DNA of 64,000 nt. Source: a virus (lineage: Duplodnaviria; Heunggongvirae; Uroviricota; Caudoviricetes). This document shows, in pieces, positions 44,374-53,320 of the stretch; the stretch's first letter is position 1, and every line of letters starts with the position of its first letter. The notes under the pieces are model-generated. The model was not told the origin of the DNA, did not search any database, and worked only from the letters and a program-made list of their open reading frames with translations. The position numbers and the translations under genes were made by a program. The stretch lies in IMG/VR virus record IMGVR_UViG_3300029705_000015. One strand, 5' to 3'.

Positions 44374-45270
44374 TTGAAACCAAACTATAGAAGAGCATCC
44401 AAATCAATGCGTATTCTGGCATTGATTTTGTGCATGTTACTGCTATTAGCTTCTTGTGTGCCTATCATATGTAGCGCTCAAGATTCAAAGGAATGTATCG
44501 AGTCCTTTCCTACTGATAGCATTGAAGAACAACAAACTGAATCAACAATCAGAAAAGAACAGCCATTGAAAGTTCCAGAACTCCCTAAGTTCGAACATAT
44601 CAGTGAACTTAAAACGGTTTATGATGTTCAGAAGTCAATTGATGATTGTGTAGCGTTTCTTGAAAATGTACATATTCTGATTCGAGTTACAGACAAGAAC
44701 ACTGCGGATTATGCACAACTTATTGTACTTCAAAATCGAGTAGTAAGTTACAAATCTACTTGTGATTCTTTACTTGCTGAACATTGGAAGACTCGAGAAG
44801 CTGAACTTCCTGTGATGACGTACATCTGGAATTATCTTACAGCTCATGAATTCAATGACTATGTTGCTGCTGGCCTGATTGGAAATATGATTGCGGAAGC
44901 TGGTGGCTGTGGCTACGGTGATATCAATATTTATGCAGATAACGGAGGTCATTACGGTATTTGTCAGTGGAGCAAGAGATTCTATCCGAAAGTGAACGGA
45001 CAAGATCTTGATTTTCAGTTACAATATTTACGTGACACATATGAGCAAGTTTTCGAGTCTTACGGTTATCTGTACTCCAGCAGATACGGTGGAAAATTCA
45101 GAACGGAGCAGTTTCTTGCTCTTGAGGATCCTGCCGCTGCTGCAGTTGCTTTCGGGCTATGTTATGAGCGTCCAGGTGGCAGCGTAACAGTGAGAGGTAA
45201 GTACGCAAACATGGCGTATGAATATTTTACAGTACTTGATTCTTGGCCTTGGTACGGATCAAGACCCTAA
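44374..45270 (+). CDS. Signal-peptide protein with C-terminal phage-tail-lysozyme-type domain
   Basis: Hydrophobic N-terminus; AAGLIGNMIAEAG, YGICQW, AAAVAFGLCYERPG. Confidence 0.75.
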   Translation: MKPNYRRASKSMRILALILCMLLLLASCVPIICSAQDSKECIESFPTDSIEEQQTESTIRKEQPLKVPELPKFEHISELKTVYDVQKSIDDCVAFLENVHILIRVTDKNTADYAQLIVLQNRVVSYKSTCDSLLAEHWKTREAELPVMTYIWNYLTAHEFNDYVAAGLIGNMIAEAGGCGYGDINIYADNGGHYGICQWSKRFYPKVNGQDLDFQLQYLRDTYEQVFESYGYLYSSRYGGKFRTEQFLALEDPAAAAVAFGLCYERPGGSVTVRGKYANMAYEYFTVLDSWPWYGSRP

Positions 45271-45295
45271 AACTAACTAATGAGAGGATGAAAAA

Positions 45296-46723
45296 TTGGC
45301 ATACACTGCATTCATTACTAGATTAAAGAATCTACATAAGCATCCCAATGCTGACAGACTTCAAATTGGTGAGTGTTTCGGAAATGCTGTTGTTGTGTCT
45401 ATGGAATACACAGACAACCAGCTCGGCATCTACTTCCCTTCTGATGGTAAGCTCAGTGTTGAGTTTGCAGAGGCAAATAATCTTCTTCGTAAGAAAGATG
45501 AAAACGGAAATAACATTGGTGGTTACATGGATCCCGAAAAGCGTAATGTAACTGCTATCAAGTTGCGTGGTGAAAAGTCTGACGGATTGTTTTTGCCGTT
45601 GGAGTCCCTGAAGGACTTCGGTGATATCGAGACATTAACTGAAGGTACAAAGATTGATGTTTGGAATGGGCATCTAATCTGTGAAAAGTACATTCCGAAG
45701 AAGCAGAATCGAACTGGTAGTGTAACTACAGGTAACAGAACCCGTAAGAAGCGTGTTCCTGTTGCTCCATTGTTTACTGAGCATGCTGATACTGAGCAGC
45801 TTGCATACAACCTCGGTGCATTCAAAGTTGGAGACTTGATTGAAATTACTTTGAAGATGCATGGCACTTCTCAGAGAACAGCTTTTCTTCCTGTGTTCAA
45901 GGGCTACAAAAGAACATTGTGGGATAAGCTTCGTAAGAAGGAAGGAACTCCTATCTATGATTGGGGTTATGTGAGTGGAACTCGTAGAGTTGTACTTGAT
46001 AACTTCGATGGTGGATTCTATGGTTCCAACGAGTTCCGTGAACAGCATAGTAAGTTCTTCGAGGGCAAACTCCTCAAGGGTGAAGAGGTTTACTATGAGG
46101 TTGTTGGATTCACACATTCTGGTGCACCCATTATGGCTGCTGCTTCAAACAAGAAGCTGAATGATAAAGAGTTCATCAAACAGTATGGTGATACAACAGT
46201 GTTCTCTTATGGCTGTGAACCAACTGGTAAGAAGATGCTCTATGGTCATGATGATACAGGGGCATTTGCGATTGAAGAGACGTTCCCTCAGTCCGATGTC
46301 TATGTTTATAGAATGACTATGACCAATGAAGATGGAGATGTTGTTGAATACACTCCTGATTACATGCGCTATCGTTGTGAACAGATGGGTGTAAAGACTG
46401 TTCCTGTATTTGAGCAGTTTATTATTCCTGAAAATGAATTACATTGTAGCTCTGAGGATGGAATGCCTGTTTGGGTTCCTGTTGAGGATCCGGGCGAGTA
46501 TGTTAAGCGGATTGCAGAAAAGTATTACGACGGTCCTGATCCTGTTGGTAAGACCCACGTGCGTGAGGGTGTTGTTGTTCGTATTGTAAACCGTCCAAAG
46601 TTCTGTGCATACAAGCACAAGAATTGGTTCTTCAAAGCTCTTGAAGGCATTGTTTCCGTAGAATCTGACGCCCCTGATATGGAAACTGCAGAAAGTATTG
46701 CTAACGAAGATGCAAACGAGTAA
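45296..46723 (+). CDS. Rnl2-like RNA ligase with N-terminal tRNA-binding OB domain
   Basis: HPNADRL, LKMHGTS, YYEVVG, REGVVVR, YKHK. Confidence 0.85.
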   Translation: MAYTAFITRLKNLHKHPNADRLQIGECFGNAVVVSMEYTDNQLGIYFPSDGKLSVEFAEANNLLRKKDENGNNIGGYMDPEKRNVTAIKLRGEKSDGLFLPLESLKDFGDIETLTEGTKIDVWNGHLICEKYIPKKQNRTGSVTTGNRTRKKRVPVAPLFTEHADTEQLAYNLGAFKVGDLIEITLKMHGTSQRTAFLPVFKGYKRTLWDKLRKKEGTPIYDWGYVSGTRRVVLDNFDGGFYGSNEFREQHSKFFEGKLLKGEEVYYEVVGFTHSGAPIMAAASNKKLNDKEFIKQYGDTTVFSYGCEPTGKKMLYGHDDTGAFAIEETFPQSDVYVYRMTMTNEDGDVVEYTPDYMRYRCEQMGVKTVPVFEQFIIPENELHCSSEDGMPVWVPVEDPGEYVKRIAEKYYDGPDPVGKTHVREGVVVRIVNRPKFCAYKHKNWFFKALEGIVSVESDAPDMETAESIANEDANE

Positions 46724-46946
46724 GCCTGTAACATTCGTTCCCAGAAGAGACACACATTCAAACTGGATGTTGCATAATCCAATCTTGCGAGCTGGTGAAC
46801 TTGCATACGATCAGGATACTAACAAGTTCAAAGTTGGAGATGGTGAAAAACACTGGAGAGATCTTCCACCGTTTGACATGCCAACCAGATGGTATGGATA
46901 TTCCTCTTCAGGGCAGCCATTGTTTAGATTCAAAGCTTGTGATTAA
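46710..46946 (+). CDS. Stand-alone Mtd_N / hyaluronidase-N-like domain protein
   Basis: RRDT..NW..HNPILRAGELAYDQDTNKFKVGDG..W.DLP. Confidence 0.75.
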   Translation: MQTSKPVTFVPRRDTHSNWMLHNPILRAGELAYDQDTNKFKVGDGEKHWRDLPPFDMPTRWYGYSSSGQPLFRFKACD

Positions 46947-46949
46947 CTT

Positions 46950-46980
46950 AAACAGCGTGCATTAGATGCACGCTGTTTTT
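46950..46980 (+). terminator. Rho-independent terminator
   Basis: aaacagcgtgcat/atgcacgctgttt stem + tt. Confidence 0.9.
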
Positions 46981-46986
46981 ATGTAT

Positions 46987-47017
46987 AGTTGATTATTCTA
47001 CTGTTATATTATATAAT
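46987..47017 (+). promoter_or_regulatory. AGTTGA-type promoter
   Basis: TTGATT 46989-46994, 17 bp, TATAAT 47012-47017. Confidence 0.85.
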
Positions 47018-47046
47018 AGCACTATAACGAAATGGAGGTAATCAAT

Positions 47047-47331
47047 ATGTTAGCTACTTCTCTTGTTGATAGAGTTAGAGAGATACTTGATCATATTAAA
47101 ACAGTCGCATCTAGAGCAGATCTGTTGTATGCAGTTTGTATCTGGAAAGGACCTTTTGGAGAAGTTAACTATCGGGTTGGCTACTTTGAAAGTACAACTG
47201 AAACAGTTTTCTTTGCTCAGAAGATGAATGATTGCTATAACAACAAGTTCGTTCTTCCCCATATTGTTTACTCCAGTGTAGACTCAGTTAACAACATTGG
47301 TAATCTTTTCGAGGAGCGTGATGATACTTGA
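47047..47331 (+). CDS. Hypothetical protein
   Basis: ATG after ggagg. Confidence 0.65.
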   Translation: MLATSLVDRVREILDHIKTVASRADLLYAVCIWKGPFGEVNYRVGYFESTTETVFFAQKMNDCYNNKFVLPHIVYSSVDSVNNIGNLFEERDDT

Positions 47332-47975
47332 AACGCTATGAGATTCAAGAAGTGTTTAATCTTCTCGGTGAGGAAGCACTCTCCATACAAGAAAAACCTT
47401 CTCATGTTAGAATGAGCATTGAGGTTGATGGTTATCAGGTGTATACAAAGTCGCTTCGTTATGCCACGTTCTATCAGAAGGGTGTAAAATGTGCATGTTG
47501 TGGTAGAGAGGGCACGCATTTCCTGTTAGAGCCAGATAGGTGTGGGGCTGCGGCAGCTACTCGTAGACATTTCAATCTATATGCGGAAGACGGTACCTTG
47601 ATGACGAAAGATCATATTCGTCCGAAACGCTGGGGTGGCAAGGACCATGTTGATAACTTGCAAACAATGTGCGAACTGTGTAACAAAAACAAGGGCTGCA
47701 CCTATGACGCAGAAATTGACTGTATTGTTGCAAGAAATGTATCAACAGGTGAGGAAACAGTATGCATGAATATTGAAGATGCTATCTATCAAGCTTGCAT
47801 TATGACACATGTTATGAATCCAACTCAAAAGCCGAGTAAACTTACGAAGAAAGTTATCCACGTAGCTATAAAAGTTCAACAAGTACTTGACACTGATGTA
47901 ACTTATGTAGGATGCACATGGAGAACCTGTAAACGAAAAGTGGAGGGAGTCCCTTATGAAGGATCTGAAACTTGA
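47328..47975 (+). CDS. HNH endonuclease
   Basis: CACCG, TKDHIRPKRWGGKDHVDNLQTMCELCN. Confidence 0.9.
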   Translation: MKRYEIQEVFNLLGEEALSIQEKPSHVRMSIEVDGYQVYTKSLRYATFYQKGVKCACCGREGTHFLLEPDRCGAAAATRRHFNLYAEDGTLMTKDHIRPKRWGGKDHVDNLQTMCELCNKNKGCTYDAEIDCIVARNVSTGEETVCMNIEDAIYQACIMTHVMNPTQKPSKLTKKVIHVAIKVQQVLDTDVTYVGCTWRTCKRKVEGVPYEGSET

Positions 47976-48807
47976 TGATGTAATCTTTTCAAGACTGAAA
48001 AGTGATTATGATTATTGTGTAGCTCAAGGGTATGAAGTAGTTGGTGTGTTTTTGTTTGGTTCACAGAATTATAACATGCACACACCGGAGTCTGACATTG
48101 ATGTTAAAGCAATGGTTATTCCCAAGATTGATGACATTGTGTGGGGTAATACAGATGTCTCCAAGAAAGTTGTACGAGACAACGGTGAGCTTGTAATCTA
48201 CGATATCGCATCTATACATAAGAGTATCAAGAAGCAGTCAATTAACTTTGTGGAAATTCTGTTTACAGAGTACAAGATTATGAACCCAGAATATGCTCAT
48301 CTGTATGCTCCGATGTTTGAAAAGAATGAAGGAATTGCGGATCTGAATACATTCAAAGCGGTGCACTGCACGTTGAGTATGGCGCAGAATAAGTATAAGA
48401 TGTTATTCTCTGAACTACCATCTAATGCAGATCGAGTTAAGAAAGCTGGATATGATTACAAAGCACTTGCAGAAATTTTACGGCTTGAGGATTTCTTACA
48501 AACAAGAATTTCAGGAATTCCATATCATGTGAGTCTAATTTCTACAAATGTTCTCTATTTGAGACGTATCAAGCAGTATCAAGAGGTATTTACTCCAGAT
48601 CAAGTTTTGAAGATTGCTGATAAAACAATGAACTGGATAAAGACGCGAGTAGATAACTTTGATGCAGTTTACGGCGAAAACATAAATGAGTCAATGGTTC
48701 AGCTTGTTGATGAAGTTACAAAGAATATCATTCTTAGATACATAAAGACAGAGGTAGATAAATATGACGGAGCTAACAGTGCTGATTGGCCTACCTGGTG
48801 CAGGTAA
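47956..48807 (+). CDS. Pol-beta-superfamily nucleotidyltransferase
   Basis: LFGSQNYNMHTPESDIDVK, NFVEIL. Confidence 0.8.
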   Translation: MKDLKLDDVIFSRLKSDYDYCVAQGYEVVGVFLFGSQNYNMHTPESDIDVKAMVIPKIDDIVWGNTDVSKKVVRDNGELVIYDIASIHKSIKKQSINFVEILFTEYKIMNPEYAHLYAPMFEKNEGIADLNTFKAVHCTLSMAQNKYKMLFSELPSNADRVKKAGYDYKALAEILRLEDFLQTRISGIPYHVSLISTNVLYLRRIKQYQEVFTPDQVLKIADKTMNWIKTRVDNFDAVYGENINESMVQLVDEVTKNIILRYIKTEVDKYDGANSADWPTWCR

Positions 48808-49645
48808 GTCTACATATGCAAAAGAATACATAGAAAAACAAGTATGCAGTGGAAACGTGTTCTGGGAATATTGTTCTTCTGATAGAACTCGTAGAAAATT
48901 GTACGGTGATGAAAACATTCAAGGAAAGCCAGACACAGTGTTCAACGCACTGCACAGAGATGTTGAAACACACTTGAAAAGAGGAACTAATGTTGTTTAT
49001 GATGCAACAAATGTATCCAGAAAAAATCGTAAACAGATAATTCTTCTTGGTAAGAAGTACAACTGTATCGTCAAAGGAATTGTTGTTTGGGCTCCTGTTG
49101 ATGTTTGTATTGAGCGGGATTCTTTAAGAGAGAGGACAGTTGGAAAAGCAGTTATCATGAAAATGCTCAAGAGATTTGAAGTTCCTTACTTTGATGAGGG
49201 CTTTGATAGAATTGAAGTACATAATACAATTGAAGATTTCAATGAGAACGCGTATAGAACTCAGCTTCTTGATGCAATGAGAATTCCTCATGATAATCCT
49301 CACCACACATTCGATGTGGATGAACATTGTTTTGCAGCGCAAGCATACGCAAGAAGTAAGGGCATGAATTCTATTGTGTGTGAGGCTGCTCTGTGGCATG
49401 ACGTTGGTAAGCCTCTTGCCAAGTTTTTCAAAGAGGGTGCCACAACTGCAAATTACTACAATCATGACAACATCGGAGGTTATCTCCTCCTCGGATTCAG
49501 TGAGTATACATTCTTGCTGTTTATTCCCTGGCTTGTATCAAATCATATGCAGCCTTTCTTTGATTCGCACTACTACAGAGGACTTCCTGAATCACTCAAG
49601 AAGTACATTGATGAGCTGCATGAATGTGACTTGAATGCACACTAA
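48764..49645 (+). CDS. Polynucleotide-kinase-like AAA domain fused to HD domain
   Basis: GLPGAGKST, SSD, YDATN, R; HH...H, WHDVGK, HD, HM, HECD. Confidence 0.85.
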   Translation: MTELTVLIGLPGAGKSTYAKEYIEKQVCSGNVFWEYCSSDRTRRKLYGDENIQGKPDTVFNALHRDVETHLKRGTNVVYDATNVSRKNRKQIILLGKKYNCIVKGIVVWAPVDVCIERDSLRERTVGKAVIMKMLKRFEVPYFDEGFDRIEVHNTIEDFNENAYRTQLLDAMRIPHDNPHHTFDVDEHCFAAQAYARSKGMNSIVCEAALWHDVGKPLAKFFKEGATTANYYNHDNIGGYLLLGFSEYTFLLFIPWLVSNHMQPFFDSHYYRGLPESLKKYIDELHECDLNAH

Positions 49646-49660
49646 CAAACTATTATTTTA

Positions 49661-49692
49661 CAGTTGATTAATCAACTGTCTCTTTATATAAT
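49661..49692 (+). promoter_or_regulatory. AGTTGA-type promoter overlapped by perfect 18-bp palindrome
   Basis: CAGTTGATTAATCAACTG 49661-49678; TTGATT-17-TATAAT (49687-49692). Confidence 0.85.
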
Positions 49693-49718
49693 ATAAGTGT
49701 AAATAAAGAGCACAGGAG

Positions 49719-50381
49719 ATGTTGATTATGTTGAAATTCAAAGCATTCATGGAGTATCTCGATGAGTATCGTCAAGCCAGAGAAGATCAATTACTTAGAG
49801 CAATGAAGGCTCGCGAGGATTGGACACATACTGCTCGTTCTCAAGAAAAAGCAGAGAGACTTATCAACATCGTTCCGGAAGAATATCGTAGAGGTTTTAA
49901 CTGCTACTGTTTGTGGGATGTTTCCAGTAAAGCTCAGTTTGTAGACTCCGAAGAGTATGTTGCAGTTGTTGACTTCTATACAATTGATGGTGTTGATTAC
50001 AGAGTTGTTCTTGCTGCTGACGCAAAGAATAACAATCGTGATCGGTGGAGAATGAAGGATAAAGCTGTAGAGGAGCTTAGCCCGCACAATAAGTTCCTTC
50101 AAGACCGGAAGGTAAGTAAATCTGATTATGCTCAAGTGGAGGGCAGATCTTTTCAGTGGTGTATGGGTCGAGCTATCAAGGACGCAGAACAGCATCGAAA
50201 GTCCATTGAGCAAAAAGTTGAGAAAATCGTAGGAGAAGTAACAGAAATCATGGAAGATTTCGACGGCTGGTATCTGAACGGTAGTAACGGTAAGCGGTGT
50301 CATATGTGGTTTGTTTCTGCGGGTGGTTATAACATTCAGTGCCTTCATACGCGTTGTCTTGTAAAGGAAGTGAAGGTGTAA
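49719..50381 (+). CDS. Hypothetical protein
   Basis: 220 aa ORF, SD aggag. Confidence 0.7.
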   Translation: MLIMLKFKAFMEYLDEYRQAREDQLLRAMKAREDWTHTARSQEKAERLINIVPEEYRRGFNCYCLWDVSSKAQFVDSEEYVAVVDFYTIDGVDYRVVLAADAKNNNRDRWRMKDKAVEELSPHNKFLQDRKVSKSDYAQVEGRSFQWCMGRAIKDAEQHRKSIEQKVEKIVGEVTEIMEDFDGWYLNGSNGKRCHMWFVSAGGYNIQCLHTRCLVKEVKV

Positions 50382-50384
50382 AAC

Positions 50385-50603
50385 ATGTTGGACGAACGAA
50401 TTCCTTACAACGGCTGTTCTTTACGATTCTTAGAATGCGAGCTGTCAACAGTTAAAGATCTTATAACAAAAGTTAAGTTCATGGTCAAGCCAAAGAACTT
50501 CACATACATGGACTGTGCAAATCTTTCTGAAACACTTGAAACTATGAAAAGATCTTTGGAAGCAGTAATTGAGGAGAAGAAACATGAAGAACAATGCGGT
50601 TAA
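50385..50603 (+). CDS. Hypothetical protein
   Basis: 72 aa ORF. Confidence 0.6.
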   Translation: MLDERIPYNGCSLRFLECELSTVKDLITKVKFMVKPKNFTYMDCANLSETLETMKRSLEAVIEEKKHEEQCG

Positions 50604-50724
50604 ATGTACTGCAATCGTTGTTGCAGGAGGTGTTGCAATAACTTCAATGATCTTGGATCCGAGCACTAGTGGCATTGTAGTTCTTGGATTGATTGCAATT
50701 CTTGCATTTGCGTTTACTATGTAA
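50584..50724 (+). CDS. Small 2-TM membrane protein (46 aa, not in ORF track)
   Basis: MKNNAVKCTAIVVAGGVAITSMILDPSTSGIVVLGLIAILAFAFTM; SD ggag. Confidence 0.6.
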   Translation: MKNNAVKCTAIVVAGGVAITSMILDPSTSGIVVLGLIAILAFAFTM

Positions 50725-50736
50725 GAGGTGATAAGA

Positions 50737-51273
50737 TTGCGTAAAATTGATGGCGTTAACAGAATGTTCGTCTACCTTCCTGATTGGGGAAATGACTACA
50801 AGTGGTGGGTTTGGAATGTATCTAGTATGAGACTTTCAAACTATAATCACGGTGGATTTGATATAGACGAAAACGCTCAGTACTGAGCCACAGCTGAGAA
50901 ACATCCTGAAATTCTATCTTGGCATGAACTGTACAAGCAAACTGGATATAATCCGCTGGAGTCACATATCGGTGCGTTCAATGCTTGGATCTCTCCAGAT
51001 GGTGAATTCTGGGAAGGCGAAGCACACATGGTGGCAGCAAAAAAGATTGCTGAAATCTACTATGGATACTATACCGATGATTATTCAGGAGAGTGTGAAA
51101 CTTATCTGATTGATCATGGTTGGATGAAAGCTACCAAGAGTGCAATGTGGTCTTACTATCTCAAAGACAACGAGAAGACAGCTTGGAAAACCACCCCAAA
51201 AGGATTTCTTTCCCTCATTGCATATTGTGAACTTCATAACTTGAAGATTCCGATGAATGTTAAGTATCTATAA
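50737..51273 (+). pseudogene. Hypothetical gene interrupted by single in-frame TGA
   Basis: TTG start after gaggtg; open frame except TGA 50884-50886; continues into tracked 51028 ORF. Confidence 0.65.
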
Positions 51274-51298
51274 ACTAACTGTTAGTTCCTCCTCAACT

Positions 51299-51329
51299 AG
51301 TTGATCAATCTTATGTTTCATATTATAAT
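51299..51329 (+). promoter_or_regulatory. AGTTGA-type promoter
   Basis: TTGATC 51301-51306, 17 bp, TATAAT 51324-51329; palindrome tcaactagttga 51293-51304. Confidence 0.85.
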
Positions 51330-51361
51330 ATGAATGTAAGAAAAGTTGAGGAGGGCTTTTT

Positions 51362-51571
51362 ATGAGTCATGGAGTGTACAAGTTTACCATGTTCTTTGAT
51401 GGAGATTTCAGACCTCAAGATCGTCAAGAACGCTTCGTAGTTGCTGAAACTGAGACTGAAGCAATTCAGAAGTTTAACAAGTATCTTGAGCAGCAAGCAG
51501 CGGCAGGATTTGCTAAGCCAACAGCTTATAGCTATCTTCCCACTGTGGAAATCGATTATGTAATTGTGTAA
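51362..51571 (+). CDS. Hypothetical protein
   Basis: SD gaggagg. Confidence 0.65.
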   Translation: MSHGVYKFTMFFDGDFRPQDRQERFVVAETETEAIQKFNKYLEQQAAAGFAKPTAYSYLPTVEIDYVIV

Positions 51572-51588
51572 CAGGAGTGTAACAACAT

Positions 51589-51885
51589 ATGAGAAAATTT
51601 CTTGTAAAGAAGCATTGTGAAGCAACTGAACGCTGTACAGTTGCTGTAGGCCGTGTTCAGGATTACTTCTATGGTAACAGAGGAACTTACCTGAGTCGTG
51701 ATTGTTTTCCTGAAAGAGCACTTCTGAGATCTTTTGGGTTTAATACTCGGGAAGAAGCTCAGGATCGTCTTGATGGCATTTTGAGTTCTATTCCCGCTGA
51801 GGAATCATCCGGTTACTGGAAGATTACTGCCGAAATTGTAGAAATCAATCAGGAGGATAGAACTGATGATGGAAACAACGAATAA
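51589..51885 (+). CDS. Hypothetical protein
   Basis: SD aggag. Confidence 0.65.
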   Translation: MRKFLVKKHCEATERCTVAVGRVQDYFYGNRGTYLSRDCFPERALLRSFGFNTREEAQDRLDGILSSIPAEESSGYWKITAEIVEINQEDRTDDGNNE

Positions 51886-52105
51886 TTTTCCTCAAGTTCA
51901 GATATGTAAAACTCCTGTTATTCCCTTCAAAGTGAGTGTACTCTGTAGTTGCGGTGGCGAGTACATCTTTGACGATGCTCCACTTGCACTTCATCCGAGA
52001 ACTTTCAAGCACAAGTGCAATAGATGCGGATATGAGTTACAGCTTCTTGAAAGTTTTCCAAAGACGATCTATGAGGAGTTAAAAAGTGAGCCTGAAAGTG
52101 ATTGA
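51866..52105 (+). CDS. Zn-ribbon small protein
   Basis: CSCGG...HKCNRCG. Confidence 0.65.
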   Translation: MMETTNNFPQVQICKTPVIPFKVSVLCSCGGEYIFDDAPLALHPRTFKHKCNRCGYELQLLESFPKTIYEELKSEPESD

Positions 52106-52559
52106 TCGGTTTGTTGACGACTATGCATTCTTGAGTAATTTCTATCAGTGCTTTATTACTTACAAAGGAATTACATACTCTAGTGCAGAGGCTGCATTTC
52201 AAGCTCAGAAAACTCTCGATGTTTCTGAGCAAGTAAAGTTTATAACAATGACACCATCTGAAGCAAAGAAATTCGGACGTAAAGTTAAGCTTCGTGACGA
52301 TTGGGAAAATGTTAAATATCAGATCATGTACGACATTGTTCTTACGAAGTTTACTCAGAATGATCATTTGAAGAAACTCTTACTTGAAACAGGTGACGCG
52401 GAGTTGGTTGAAGGTAACTGGTGGAATGATACTTATTGGGGAAGATGCAGAGGGATCGGTAAGAACAATCTTGGAAAGATTCTAACAGGAGTTAGGAGCT
52501 ACATCAGGTCGATTCAGTATGCTATGTATCTTCTACATGATATGAAGGAGTCTACTTGA
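52086..52559 (+). CDS. NADAR (YbiA-like) family protein
   Basis: FLSNFY, SAEAAFQAQK, KF.QN..LK..LL.TG, LVEGNWWNDTYWG, GKNNLGKIL. Confidence 0.9.
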   Translation: MSLKVIDRFVDDYAFLSNFYQCFITYKGITYSSAEAAFQAQKTLDVSEQVKFITMTPSEAKKFGRKVKLRDDWENVKYQIMYDIVLTKFTQNDHLKKLLLETGDAELVEGNWWNDTYWGRCRGIGKNNLGKILTGVRSYIRSIQYAMYLLHDMKEST

Positions 52560-52918
52560 TGTCTAGTAATATGATCGGTATAAATCTAAATAGAGCGGTT
52601 GAAGTATGCGACACTTTTAGTACATTATCTTCCACTGTTGAGGTAGTACAACAGGAATTAAAAGATACAACTAGCAAACTTCAAGATCAACTTGATATTC
52701 TACAGGGACACCACATAAAGGGTGTTACAACACTTGAAGAAGTTGTTAAGTTGCAGATATCATCGAACAACACAATGATTGAAGGACTTCAACATTGCTC
52801 TCAGATGTGTATAAAATTAGAGGAAACTATGAAACGAAAATCAATTGTCTGGAGAATCCTCTTCAGCATCGCATTAGCAGTGGGATTCATTGCACTCGCT
52901 GTTATGGCAGTTAAGTAA
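52556..52918 (+). CDS. Coiled-coil protein with C-terminal TM anchor
   Basis: ILFSIALAVGFIALAVMAV. Confidence 0.65.
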   Translation: MMSSNMIGINLNRAVEVCDTFSTLSSTVEVVQQELKDTTSKLQDQLDILQGHHIKGVTTLEEVVKLQISSNNTMIEGLQHCSQMCIKLEETMKRKSIVWRILFSIALAVGFIALAVMAVK

Positions 52919-52930
52919 GGAGTTGAATTT

Positions 52931-53263
52931 ATGCCAACTAGAAATGATAACAATATTCTGGATGAGTATTGTGGTGATAGTTTAACCTACACACTGAACA
53001 TTCCAGTTCCGAAAGATACAACAAGTGTCGGTGTCGATAATACATGTAGCCTTCTGAGCGCCGAAGATTACGGAAAGTTGGACGCAGAATATGTTGAAGA
53101 TTATATTCTTGCTAGTTCCAAGAAATTCAGTGAGCCAAAATATGCTTGTCCGATCTGCGGTGGCGGAATGAGAAGAGATGAAACAGTTGTGTTATGTTCT
53201 AATCCCCCGTCTTACAGATACGAGTGTGATAGTTGTGACCACATTGCTTACCATCATATCTAA
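52931..53263 (+). CDS. Zn-ribbon protein
   Basis: CPICGG...SNPPSYRYECDSCD. Confidence 0.7.
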   Translation: MPTRNDNNILDEYCGDSLTYTLNIPVPKDTTSVGVDNTCSLLSAEDYGKLDAEYVEDYILASSKKFSEPKYACPICGGGMRRDETVVLCSNPPSYRYECDSCDHIAYHHI

Positions 53264-53293
53264 GTTGAATGTTTCTTGTAAGAATATTATAAT
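53263..53293 (+). promoter_or_regulatory. AGTTGA-type promoter
   Basis: TTGAAT 53265-53270, 17 bp, TATAAT 53288-53293. Confidence 0.85.
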
Positions 53294-53320
53294 TTATTTA
53301 TAAAATAATACTGTGGGAGA

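Noticed and set aside
46710-46946. Diversity-generating retroelement suggested by the Mtd_N-like domain
   Set aside because: No reverse transcriptase and no TR/VR repeat pair in the window.
50884-50886. Selenocysteine or genome-wide stop-codon reassignment
   Set aside because: No convincing SECIS-like stem after the TGA and no redox motif. TGA, TAG and TAA all end intact conserved genes (e.g. 3647, 2646, 41350).
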